64,000 nt of DNA from Nanobdellota archaeon (GCA_038046385.1 JBBSWH010000004.1:9291-73290), one strand, 5' to 3'. Shown: positions 28,326-37,578, numbered from the stretch's first letter. Notes: generated by a model not told the origin, from the sequence alone. Numbers and translations are program-made.

Positions 28326-29584
28326 TACGTCCCTTCCTGCCAGCTTCCCATGTAATGCTTCTGGTCTGCAGTCATCTCGTCAATTATTATTCCCATGGCA
28401 TGCAGCTGTAGTTTAGCAATATCGTTATCTATATGTTCAGGAAGCTGTATGACTTTTGGCGGCATCTTTCCTTTGTTCTTCACAGCATATTCGCATGCAA
28501 GCGCCTGCCCGCAGAACGACGTTGCCATTACTTCGCTTGGATGCCCTTCTGCAACAGCAAGATTAACCAAACGCCCTTCTCCGCATACATAAATTCTTTT
28601 TAAGTCAAAAGTATACTCGTCAAGGAAAGGCCTTATATTCCTGAAGTTTGCAATCTTTTTCAATCCAGCGACGTTTATTTCAGCGTCAAAATGTCCGGAA
28701 TTTGCAAGAATTGATCCGTCTTTCATAAGCTCAATATGCTCAATATCTATTACATTTTTGTTTCCTGTAACTGTTATGAAAATGTCGCCGATTTTTGCAG
28801 CTTCTTTTATCGGCATTACTCTGTAGCCGTCAAGCGCAGCCTGCAGTGCCCTAAACGCATCAATTTCGGTTATAATTATATTAGAACCCATTCCCTGTGC
28901 CCTTAGCGCAACTCCTTTTCCGCAGCTTCCATAGCCGCAGACAACAACATTTTTTCCGGCAAACAGTATGTTTGTTGCCCTTATGATTCCGTCAATCGTG
29001 CTCTGCCCGGTTCCATAATAATTGTCAAGCAAATGCTTGGTCTTGTTGTCATTGACGGCAATCATCGGATACCTTAATGCGTTATCCTTTTCCATTGCCT
29101 TCAATCTTATGATGCCGGTTGTTGTTTCCTCGCATCCTGCAATTATGCTGCTTATCAATTCTGGATGGTTTTTGTGAATTTCACTTACTAAGTCGCATCC
29201 ATCGTCTATTGTTATGTTTGGCTTAAATTCTATGATTTTATTCAAATACTTGTAATAATCCTCTTTTGTCTCTCCTTTGTATGCCCACACCTTGATTCCT
29301 TCTTTTGCAAGAGCTGCAGCAACATCATCCTGCGTGCTTAATGGGTTGCATCCTGTGATTGCAACATCTGCGCCGCCTGAGATAAGGGTTCTTACAAGAA
29401 TTCCTGTTTCTTTTGTAACGTGCAGTGCCATTCCAATTCTTAATCCCTTAAATGGCTGTTCAGAAAGAAACCTTTTCTTTACTTCCATCAAAGCGCTCAT
29501 TCTTGACTCAGCCAGTTCAAGGTTTTTCATTCCCTGATCTGCCAGTTTCATATCCTTTACTTCGTAATTTTGATTTGTGTCCAT
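28325..29584 (-). CDS. ahcY: S-adenosyl-L-homocysteine hydrolase
   Basis: 419 aa with NAD-binding VVVCGYGSCGKGVA and a conserved C-terminal region. Ends in TAG. Confidence 0.93.
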   Translation of the reverse strand: MDTNQNYEVKDMKLADQGMKNLELAESRMSALMEVKKRFLSEQPFKGLRIGMALHVTKETGILVRTLISGGADVAITGCNPLSTQDDVAAALAKEGIKVWAYKGETKEDYYKYLNKIIEFKPNITIDDGCDLVSEIHKNHPELISSIIAGCEETTTGIIRLKAMEKDNALRYPMIAVNDNKTKHLLDNYYGTGQSTIDGIIRATNILFAGKNVVVCGYGSCGKGVALRAQGMGSNIIITEIDAFRALQAALDGYRVMPIKEAAKIGDIFITVTGNKNVIDIEHIELMKDGSILANSGHFDAEINVAGLKKIANFRNIRPFLDEYTFDLKRIYVCGEGRLVNLAVAEGHPSEVMATSFCGQALACEYAVKNKGKMPPKVIQLPEHIDNDIAKLQLHAMGIIIDEMTADQKHYMGSWQEGT

Positions 29585-29719
29585 TTATATCACCAAATAT
29601 GGGTAATTTCGGTATATATTTATATTTTTTTCGATAAATATTGGATAAAATCCGTAAATTATTGAAATAACTGGATAAAATAGCAAAATTTAAATATAAA
29701 TTAAAAAAATATCTATGCC

Positions 29720-30145
29720 ATGGACGGAAAAGATATGAAAATAATTGAAATCCTGAAGCAGGATTCAAGATTGCCGATAAAAGAGATAAGCAAACGGACC
29801 AAGATACGCCCCAGTACAGTGCACCAGAGGATAAAGAACCTTCTGAAAGACGGCGTGATAGAAAAATTCACGATAAAGGCAAATAACAAAAAGATAGACC
29901 AGAATTTCATTGTGCTGATGCTCGTAAAGGGGACAACAACAGAATATCTTGACAGCAAGATAATCCATGATGATCATGTCAAGGAGATTTTTGGAATAAC
30001 GGGAGAGTATGACATGCTTTTGAAATTGAAGTTTAAAGATGTTGAAGAATTCAATGACTTTGTTTTGAAATTCAGGAAAGAGAAAAAAGAAATTCAGTCA
30101 ACAATGACGATGATAGTGACTGCTAATTTGAAGGAAGAGGTTTAG
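29720..30145 (+). CDS. Lrp/AsnC family transcriptional regulator
   Basis: 141 aa. N-terminal HTH KIIEILKQDSRLPIKEISKRTKIRPSTVHQRIKNL and a C-terminal RAM-like domain. Ends in TAG. Confidence 0.85.
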   Translation: MDGKDMKIIEILKQDSRLPIKEISKRTKIRPSTVHQRIKNLLKDGVIEKFTIKANNKKIDQNFIVLMLVKGTTTEYLDSKIIHDDHVKEIFGITGEYDMLLKLKFKDVEEFNDFVLKFRKEKKEIQSTMTMIVTANLKEEV

Positions 30146-30150
30146 AAAAG

Positions 30151-30624
30151 CTACAATTCTTTTTTCAGCGCTTCTCTAATATTTTTAATATTATCTTCTG
30201 AAATTCTGGCCAATGCATCTTTTGTTTTTACAAAAAAGCTTGAAGAGTACCTTTTGATTTCGTCAATTGCTTTTGAATCAACTGGCCTGTTGGAATAATA
30301 CTGCAGATCAATCCTTGCAGAAAATGCCTTTTCAATCATGTCGCAATCTTCTTTATCATAAAACAGTTTAAGATGCTCTTTCATAAACGCCAATGAGCAG
30401 GAGTGTATTTCGCATTTTATGCCTATTCTGAGCATCAGGGAATAAAGAGAGTAATAGAAAACATAGTAAGCCATAGTTGCTGTCCAAATCCTGCTGCTTT
30501 CAACATCCTGTAGCGCACTTATTGATTCTTCCGCCATCTTCATGTAAGAATGAGACATGTTGCTGTTTGGCTCTACAAATTCTATTCCGTTTTTCTGCTT
30601 TAGGCACCATTTAACTGAAACCAT
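30151..30624 (-). CDS. HEPN-domain protein (partner of adjacent nucleotidyltransferase)
   Basis: 157 aa, all-helical. The pattern MAYYVFYYSLYSLMLRIGIKCEIHSCSLAF resembles MNT-associated HEPN proteins. Overlaps the upstream MNT gene by 14 nt. Confidence 0.6.
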   Translation of the reverse strand: MVSVKWCLKQKNGIEFVEPNSNMSHSYMKMAEESISALQDVESSRIWTATMAYYVFYYSLYSLMLRIGIKCEIHSCSLAFMKEHLKLFYDKEDCDMIEKAFSARIDLQYYSNRPVDSKAIDEIKRYSSSFFVKTKDALARISEDNIKNIREALKKEL

Positions 30625-31195
30625 GGTAATTCCTCCACGCCAGACTTATAAAATCTTCAGTTCCAAAGAGGATTATATGATTTTCCAAAATTTCCCTGCA
30701 TAAGTTGTTTTTCTCTTTTAAAAGATTAATCCACTCATTTCTTGAAAAATGCTTTGCGCTTATCTGGAGTCCTAATTCTTTTCCTCCTGCATATTTGCTG
30801 TTTTTCCCTCCTATTATAAATATATCCAAGTCAGAATTGCCTTTTTGAATGTTTTTTGCATAGCTGCCGAAAATGCCAATAATGCCTTCGCCTTCTTTAA
30901 AGGCATGCGCTATCTTTCTTTCTTTGCCCATAAATTCCAGTTTTCTGGCAATCTCTGCTGTGGCAACTATATCTTTGATTTCCGTATTCTCCATATTGAG
31001 CCCATAATGCTTTAATGTCCCTTCTTTTCTCGTCTTTAATACTCCTTTTTGTTCCAATTCTTCCAAGGCCAATGCTATCCCTTTTTGGCTTAGGCTTACT
31101 TTGCCTATAAGGCTTCTTCCGTATACTTCTTTGGCATAATTGCCCAAAAACTGCTTCAAAACCTCAAAATATTTATTGTGTATCATTTTACACAA
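30611..31195 (-). CDS. Minimal nucleotidyltransferase (MNT) with N-terminal wHTH
   Basis: 194 aa with [23 protein letters not shown] (GS-x10-DxD nucleotidyltransferase signature). Confidence 0.75.
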   Translation of the reverse strand: MCKMIHNKYFEVLKQFLGNYAKEVYGRSLIGKVSLSQKGIALALEELEQKGVLKTRKEGTLKHYGLNMENTEIKDIVATAEIARKLEFMGKERKIAHAFKEGEGIIGIFGSYAKNIQKGNSDLDIFIIGGKNSKYAGGKELGLQISAKHFSRNEWINLLKEKNNLCREILENHIILFGTEDFISLAWRNYHGFS

Positions 31196-31307
31196 TTGTG
31201 TAAATTATTACATATTTAAATCTTTCTGTTTTGAGAAGTGTATTGTTGCTGTAAAAGATTGTATGCAACTGCAATATAGTATTCAAACTGAAGGAAGAGA
31301 TTTAGAA

Positions 31308-31583
31308 ATGTTTAAATACCACCTTTTCAAAAGATATAAGATGCTCAAAAGAGGATTTTTGTATTTTGTTATATTTGCGTTAGTTCTGTCATTATCTTCA
31401 ATTGTTTATGCTGCCTCTCCGGCAGCACAGCCGCCAAGCCAGCCAGCCGCACCACAGACAGCTTCACAATCATCATGCGCAGGAAGATGCGGAAATTATG
31501 ATTCAGCCAAATCATGCCAGTGTGATTCTGCATGCGCAAATTACGGCGACTGCTGCTCTGACAAGAAAACAGTGTGCGGTTAA
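31308..31583 (+). CDS. Small secreted protein with a somatomedin-B-like 8-Cys domain
   Basis: Track ORF 31140..31583; the likely start is [16 protein letters not shown] at 31308 (or the M at 31341). Signal/TM segment [19 protein letters not shown], a PAQP linker, then [34 protein letters not shown]. Confidence 0.65.
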   Translation: MFKYHLFKRYKMLKRGFLYFVIFALVLSLSSIVYAASPAAQPPSQPAAPQTASQSSCAGRCGNYDSAKSCQCDSACANYGDCCSDKKTVCG

Positions 31584-31625
31584 AAAAATATTCTTGACTG
31601 AGTAAATTTAATGTAATTAAAAATC

Positions 31626-32525
31626 TTAGAATTCCCTTATCTCTTTCATCTCGTTGTATCTTTTCTCAATATCATGCATTGTAAGGTTCTTTAATCTATT
31701 AACTCCAAAATCCTCTGCATTGTAAGACGCTGCAACGCTCCCGTACACAATTGCCTTTCTAAGATTAGGCTCTGAATAGTCTTTTGTCTTTGCCAAATAT
31801 CCAATGAATGCCCCGCCAAACGTGTCTCCGCAGCCGGTTGGGTCTTTTATGACTTCAAGCGGATATCCCGGCGCGTTAAAATGTTTGTTTTTTGTGAACA
31901 ATAAAGAGCCATGCTCCCCTTTCTTGATTATTACGGCTTTTGGACCCAGTTTCAAAGCTGAATTCGCAGCCTTAACCAAGTTCGCTGTTTCAAAAAGCTG
32001 CCTTGCTTCCCCGTCGTTAAGTATGAAAACATCGGCTTTTTTTATGATTTCAAGCAGCTCTTTCTTTTTGCTGCTTATCCAGAAATTCATAGTATCCAAA
32101 ACGACAAGCGAAGGTTTCTTCATCTGCCTCAAAGCCTCAAGCTGCAATGACGGATCAATGTTCGCTAAAAAAACATGCTTTATTTCTTTATAGCTTTCCG
32201 GCACTGTTACTTTAAAATCTGCAAGAGAATTCAGTTCTGTCTTTCTTGTCTTGGCTTCGTTCATGTCAAATTCATAGAACCCTTCCCAGTGGAAGGTTTT
32301 GCCGGATATTTTTATCCCGGAAGTGTCGATGTTTTTTTTTCTGAACATCTCAATATGCTCTTTCGGGAAATCCTCCCCTATAATGGACATTATCGCAGGT
32401 TTTGAGAACATGCTTGCCGATATTGAAGCGTATGTTGCGCTTCCGCCAAGCCCCCTTTCAAGCTTTCCAAAAGGGGTTTCAATAGTATCCAATGCAACAG
32501 TTCCCAATATCAAAACATCATTCAT
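31626..32525 (-). CDS. PfkB-family carbohydrate/nucleoside kinase
   Basis: 299 aa. N-terminal GGSATYASI and C-terminal DPTGCGDTFGGAFIGYL (PfkB signature 2). Confidence 0.85.
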   Translation of the reverse strand: MNDVLILGTVALDTIETPFGKLERGLGGSATYASISASMFSKPAIMSIIGEDFPKEHIEMFRKKNIDTSGIKISGKTFHWEGFYEFDMNEAKTRKTELNSLADFKVTVPESYKEIKHVFLANIDPSLQLEALRQMKKPSLVVLDTMNFWISSKKKELLEIIKKADVFILNDGEARQLFETANLVKAANSALKLGPKAVIIKKGEHGSLLFTKNKHFNAPGYPLEVIKDPTGCGDTFGGAFIGYLAKTKDYSEPNLRKAIVYGSVAASYNAEDFGVNRLKNLTMHDIEKRYNEMKEIREF

Positions 32526-32564
32526 AGAAATAAGTAATCTGGAATCTTTTTAAAGCTTACGGGA

Positions 32565-32702
32565 TTACTCCTCATCGCCTTCGTCTTCTTCGTCCTTGTC
32601 CTTATCGTAGTCGTCCTCGTCGTCCTTCATGGAGTCGTTGTATTCATCGTCTTCCTTCTTCTCCGCGTCGTTGAACGAATCGATTTTTTCTTCTTCTGCC
32701 AT
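32565..32702 (-). CDS. Small highly acidic hypothetical protein (45 aa)
   Basis: Below the track cut-off. Translation is MAEEEKIDSFNDAEKKEDDEYNDSMKDDEDDYDKDKDEEDEGDEE. Same orientation as both neighbours, and it fills the intergenic gap. Confidence 0.35.
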   Translation of the reverse strand: MAEEEKIDSFNDAEKKEDDEYNDSMKDDEDDYDKDKDEEDEGDEE

Positions 32703-32748
32703 TTTTACCAAATTAATCCTTGCAGAGCTACTTTAAAAGATTTTCGAT

Positions 32749-33714
32749 TTATGAAAACATATTTTCAAACTCTTCCAAAAATTCTTTAGCAATCTCTTTG
32801 TCATGTATAATCAAAATATTCTCGTCATTCCTCGTGTCTCCGCTTAAAGTGGGGTTAAAAGAACCCGTTACAACCGTCTCATTGTCTATGATAAACACCT
32901 TATGATGCAGCTTGTATTTGCTTTTATCAAGCGTAGCGTCGATTCCAAAACCTTTCAATCGTTCATCCTGCGAGAATTTATTTGAAGCCTGTCCTTTGTC
33001 GAAAACGCCTTTTATTTCAATTCCATCCCTAGAAATCAAAGCATCTGCAATCTTCTCTGATGTGAAACTGAATGTCATAAAGTAAACGCTCTTTTTCGCA
33101 TTCTTGATCAGGTCAACGACTTTGTCAGCACAGTTATCTTCAGGGCAAAAGTAATTCTCAATTTTTGCATCATTCAGATACATAACAGGGCTTTGAACTC
33201 TGCTTCCTTCTCCAAACTTGCCTTTCCATAATTCATCAAACTCATTATTATAATTAGCAGAAAGTATTTTAGAATGTAAAACAACCAAATTATTATTATT
33301 AAGGTTGTTATCATTAAAGGTCGGATTAAAAGATCCAGTCATAACAATAGAATTATCAATTACACAAAATTTGTTATGCATCAGCTGGCTCGAATCATCA
33401 AATTTTACATTTCCTTTTAATCCAGTATCTTTGCTGGCCTCATCCATAACCAAGTTTACATCAATTGTTTTGCTTTTTATATAAAATGAAGATATCAGGT
33501 TTTCAAGATTAAGATCATATAAAGCACAAGAAACAGAAGACTTTGCGCTCATTATATTTGATTCAAAAACAGAGCTGCAATTTTCCCTTGGGCAGAAATA
33601 AACTTCTGTAGCATCACTTTGCTCCCGTGGCACAGCTTCCCTTACCGCAAACCCACATCCAAAAAGAGATACAACTATTGCCCAACAGAAAAGTTTAAAT
33701 ATAAGCGTCTTCAT
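32749..33714 (-). CDS. Phospholipase D / Nuc-family protein with two HKD motifs, lipoprotein-type signal
   Basis: 321 aa with HNKFCVIDNSIVMTGSFNPT and HHKVFIIDNETVVTGSFNPT. N-terminal ...VVSLFGCGF. Confidence 0.85.
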   Translation of the reverse strand: MKTLIFKLFCWAIVVSLFGCGFAVREAVPREQSDATEVYFCPRENCSSVFESNIMSAKSSVSCALYDLNLENLISSFYIKSKTIDVNLVMDEASKDTGLKGNVKFDDSSQLMHNKFCVIDNSIVMTGSFNPTFNDNNLNNNNLVVLHSKILSANYNNEFDELWKGKFGEGSRVQSPVMYLNDAKIENYFCPEDNCADKVVDLIKNAKKSVYFMTFSFTSEKIADALISRDGIEIKGVFDKGQASNKFSQDERLKGFGIDATLDKSKYKLHHKVFIIDNETVVTGSFNPTLSGDTRNDENILIIHDKEIAKEFLEEFENMFS

Positions 33715-33859
33715 TTTAAAGTGATAACCAAAATAAACTATCTCATAGTGATAAAGTCACTTCTAAAGTGATCTATCACCTCTTTTTTCCCGGCAGGACA
33801 AAGCAATTTGTTCTGCAGGGTTATTTTAAACTTAAATTTAGCTATGCTCTTCAATGAAT

Positions 33860-35596
33860 TTATTTTCCCTTATCTTTCCTTATCACAGAGTTTGCAATTA
33901 TACCGGTCAAAACACCCATTAGAAATATGATGATATACTTGCTATCCATACTATAATTTGTTTTCTTCCCATTGCTTTCCTTAAAATAAATGTCAAGGTT
34001 TCCCAGTTCCAAAGCGTATTCCGAATAAAGCATTGCAGAAAAGATATCATTTTCTTTCAAAGAAGTTGCATACTCATAGTAGCTGTACCCCAATATCGGA
34101 AAAATCCCTTTTGATGCCTGCCTTGCAATATTGTTTTTTACCACTTCCAGTTTCCTGTCAACCATATTGACATACTGCTCGCTGTCAACGCCAAAAACGC
34201 TTAGTATGACATCAACATCTGCCTTTGCCTTGCTTGCCCTTGAAAGGCAAAGCTCATAATTTCCTTTTTCTAATTCATCAGTTGCCTTGTCAATTTCTTT
34301 TTGTATATTGTCAAGGGAGTTTGGAATGTAAAGCTCAACATATTGCTTTCTTTCATCGGCTTCGCTTATCTTGCTCTGGCACGTCTTCTTCAGCACCTCT
34401 TTATTCAAAATAAATTTTTTCCCGCTCTTTCCAAAAAACAAGGACCATGACTCTGCTGATTTTATTCTTTCAGAGGCATATGCAATTGTTCTTGCTGCGT
34501 TTTCTGTCTTGTTTGTTTTATTTAGCACAGACAGTGCCTGTTCAGCTGAATCATGCGCTTCAATCAGCCTTTCCCTGACTACAATATACGCCTCAAGGTC
34601 GGTTATAGTGCTTTTTTCAACAGCTTCTGTTTTAACAGTCATATTGTTTATCTCTTCCTTGAGATTTAAAATTTCGGATTCCATTTGTATTTTTGAAAGA
34701 TTTCTTGAAAGAATGAGCAAAGTTGAGTATTCAACATTGGCGCCAAAGCAATAGCTTGCAGACGAGTAGAATTTCTGCTTTTCAAATGATTCTTTTCCCT
34801 TTGAGCTCAGATTTTTTGCATTTTCAACAATAGATGTCACATTAATCGGATAGCCTATTCCGGAAGACGCTGCCTTAAGCTTGCTGCTTCTGTCGCAAAG
34901 GTCATTTGCCAGCCCCCTCATCGTGCTTTTGTATTCTGCATCAATGTCTATTGCCTTGAAATTCTGCTTTATCTCGTGGCCTGTGAACTCTCTTACAGCA
35001 TCGTTCAGCGTTGATGCTTCCATAACCTCAATTCCTATTGTTTTTGAAAGATTTTTCAAGTCTGTAGTCTTGTTGCCTACCCTGATGGTCATCTCGCCTG
35101 ACGGTATCAAAACTTTTTCAATCCCGTATTTTTTTGCGGCCTCTATCTTTGCATCAACCCCCCCAACAGGCCCTATCAGCCCGCCTGAATTGATTGTGCC
35201 GGTTATTGCATAATCTTCATTCAAGTCGTAGCCTTCAAGCATTGCAACAGTTAAAACAGCAATTGACGCCCCTGCGCTCGGTCCTGCTATTATGGCTGAA
35301 TCTGCCGTTATTGTGTAAAAGAAATCTACATCATCGCATTCCCTGTCAAGCATGTCGCATGCAATAGCCTTTGCAAACCTTGTTGACATCTGTGTGTCTG
35401 TCTTTGTCAGAGGGAATGTCTCAAGAAATACCCTTCCTGACCCTGGCTTGATTTCAAGGTATAAATCCGCGATTCCGCCTTCATATCCTGTTTGCGTTTC
35501 TCTTACAGCAAGAAGCTTCATGTGGCCGGATTCTGCAAAAACACCGGCTGAAAGCATCAATGCCATAATCAAAAAAGAATATATCAATTTCCTCAT
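33860..35596 (-). CDS. Secreted/membrane-anchored S16 (Lon-type) protease domain protein
   Basis: 578 aa. Signal peptide, Lon proteolytic-domain serine block IIAGPSAGASIAVLTVAML, a long helical region and a C-terminal TM helix. Confidence 0.7.
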   Translation of the reverse strand: MRKLIYSFLIMALMLSAGVFAESGHMKLLAVRETQTGYEGGIADLYLEIKPGSGRVFLETFPLTKTDTQMSTRFAKAIACDMLDRECDDVDFFYTITADSAIIAGPSAGASIAVLTVAMLEGYDLNEDYAITGTINSGGLIGPVGGVDAKIEAAKKYGIEKVLIPSGEMTIRVGNKTTDLKNLSKTIGIEVMEASTLNDAVREFTGHEIKQNFKAIDIDAEYKSTMRGLANDLCDRSSKLKAASSGIGYPINVTSIVENAKNLSSKGKESFEKQKFYSSASYCFGANVEYSTLLILSRNLSKIQMESEILNLKEEINNMTVKTEAVEKSTITDLEAYIVVRERLIEAHDSAEQALSVLNKTNKTENAARTIAYASERIKSAESWSLFFGKSGKKFILNKEVLKKTCQSKISEADERKQYVELYIPNSLDNIQKEIDKATDELEKGNYELCLSRASKAKADVDVILSVFGVDSEQYVNMVDRKLEVVKNNIARQASKGIFPILGYSYYEYATSLKENDIFSAMLYSEYALELGNLDIYFKESNGKKTNYSMDSKYIIIFLMGVLTGIIANSVIRKDKGK

Positions 35597-35736
35597 GTTT
35601 TTTAAAAACAGCCAGATATTTAATAACTTTTTGATTAATCTGTTTTTTCAGAATTTTGTTTTTTGTTATTGTTTCCTTCGTCAGTGGTATTATTCTGCAG
35701 TTTTTCAGTGTGCCTGCATTTGAGATAACTCAAGGA

Positions 35737-36186
35737 TTAGTCACCACATCTTTCGATGTTGCCTTCATTTATCACGTTTTGGCATTTAGAACTTATTACT
35801 ATACCTCCATCGAAAGTAATCTTACCGCTTTTATACTCTTTTACTTGGGACGGTTCGTTGCCTTCTTTATAGATAGGCACTAAACAGTTTACCCACCCAT
35901 TGCTGTAATGCCCATATGCAATATATTCTTTACCGGGAAAACTGCCACTAAAGTCACCACCGCAAGACTTTGTCAATTTTATTATATTTTCATATTTATC
36001 TTGCAAACATAAATAACTATTTCCAGAAAATTCTATTGAAAGGCATGAAGTTCCCTTTATGTTTATAATTTTACCTTCGTATTTTTCAGGATAAAAAGAA
36101 ATATCCTGTATAGAGTCATAATTGAGGTTACAAGATGTAAGCATCAATACGAACATTAATGCCAAAAAAACAAGTTCAATCCTCAT
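35737..36186 (-). CDS. Hypothetical lipoprotein
   Basis: Track ORF extends to 36225. The internal start MRIELVFLALMFVLMLTSC (36186) gives a lipobox-like signal. Confidence 0.5.
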   Translation of the reverse strand: MRIELVFLALMFVLMLTSCNLNYDSIQDISFYPEKYEGKIINIKGTSCLSIEFSGNSYLCLQDKYENIIKLTKSCGGDFSGSFPGKEYIAYGHYSNGWVNCLVPIYKEGNEPSQVKEYKSGKITFDGGIVISSKCQNVINEGNIERCGD

Positions 36187-36228
36187 TTTATATTCTAAAG
36201 AGTAATCATTTAAAAATATTCTCATCTA

Positions 36229-36417
36229 CCACTGGACATCCTCACCTAAGGTTTATAAAGCAATTCTGCTTCTGAAAACTGAAAAAGAGAACACGCAAAA
36301 CTGCCAAATTATGATTTTTGCTTATAAGCCAAAAATCAATTATACAGTTTCGCTTAACATCCTCTTTTTCCTGAACTCCAAAGTTCCAGAAGTCAGAAAC
36401 TTTGGAGGTTGATTAAA
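36229..36417 (+). repeat. Conserved promoter + structured 5' leader element, copy B
   Basis: CCACTGGACATCCTCACCTAAGGTTTATAAAG (TATA box 36252..36259). P1 36282..36304 / 36344..36369. P2 hairpin GATTTTTGCTTATAAGCCAAAAATC (36313..36337). P3 CCAAAGTT/AACTTTGG (36378..36405) overlaps GGAGGT (36404..36409). ATG at 36418. Confidence 0.85.
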
Positions 36418-37578
36418 ATGAATGAAGATAAAATACAAATAACATTGGAAGATTTTCCAGATGATATCTATATTCTTTTAGAAGATAATTTTAGGGCAGA
36501 TTTCTTCAAAACTGCTTGGAAAATAAACAAAAGTTACAGGCACTTGGCTAAAAAGGTTGGAGTTTCCAATCCAGTCATGCTTTCTTGGAGAAGAGGAAGG
36601 ATTAATTTTACCAACCAAGACCAATTTTGCCCTGTTTGGGCTATAAAAGAGATAATAAACTACTCTAAGCATGATTCTGAATGGAAATTTTATTTGGATG
36701 AAGTACAAAAACACGTAAAATCAATAAGATGCAAGGCAGGCACTTACAAAATCTACAATGTTAAGCTGCCAATATATGATTCAATAGAGCTAAGGGAAAT
36801 TGTAACACACCTTATTTGTGATGGCTCGGCTTTAAATGAAAAGTATAGGACATCTAAATATGCTTCCACCAGTTTAAAAACTGTAAACGAAATAAAGAAA
36901 AAATTGTCAATATTTGGAGAAACTCCTAATTTAATTATTAGGAAAGAAACCTACACAAATCATTATTTGCCACTTTATGTATTAAATTTTTCCAAAGCTA
37001 TAACCAAAATTTTGACTGCTAAATTCAATATCGACTTTAGAGGGGATAAAGCAAGAATGCCTAAAGAGTTTTTTGTAGGGGAAAGAAAGTTATTAGTTGC
37101 AATTGTTAGGGCATTCTTAATTGATGAAGGATGTATAAGGGACAGAAATATTAACTTTTGTTCTGGGAGTGTGGAACTGCTTGAAGATTTAAAGCAAATT
37201 TGCCTTTTGCTAGACTATAAATGTCAAAATATAAGAAAAAGTGGTGGAACTTACTATCTAAATATTTCTCCAGACTCATTTACCAAAGTTTATGGGGATT
37301 TGGATTTGTTTGGTAAACTTCCTATTGCAGATAAACAGGAAAGATTGGATTTAGGAATAAAAATAATCAATAATTCACCAGATTTTCATAGTCTGGATAA
37401 TGATTTATTGTTAAATTTGAAAAGCCCAATTACAACTTTAGAGCTTTCTAAGAGATTACTAATAAACGGAAAAACAATAACTGAAAGATTAAACAAGATG
37501 CAAAAATTAGGGCTTGTTGAAAGAAATGTTAACAGAAACTTAGGAAAAGGCGGTTCTTTTAGCTGGAAGGTTCTTTAG
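36418..37578 (+). CDS. Free-standing double-motif LAGLIDADG homing-endonuclease-like protein with N-terminal HTH and C-terminal wHTH
   Basis: Track ORF 36409..37578 (TTG start); the ATG at 36418 is preferred. LAGLIDADG-type motifs are EIVTHLICDGSA and AIVRAFLIDEGCI. C-terminal TTLELSKRLLINGKTITERLNKMQKLGLVER. The 3' end overlaps the topA 3' end by 20 bp. Confidence 0.8.
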   Translation: MNEDKIQITLEDFPDDIYILLEDNFRADFFKTAWKINKSYRHLAKKVGVSNPVMLSWRRGRINFTNQDQFCPVWAIKEIINYSKHDSEWKFYLDEVQKHVKSIRCKAGTYKIYNVKLPIYDSIELREIVTHLICDGSALNEKYRTSKYASTSLKTVNEIKKKLSIFGETPNLIIRKETYTNHYLPLYVLNFSKAITKILTAKFNIDFRGDKARMPKEFFVGERKLLVAIVRAFLIDEGCIRDRNINFCSGSVELLEDLKQICLLLDYKCQNIRKSGGTYYLNISPDSFTKVYGDLDLFGKLPIADKQERLDLGIKIINNSPDFHSLDNDLLLNLKSPITTLELSKRLLINGKTITERLNKMQKLGLVERNVNRNLGKGGSFSWKVL

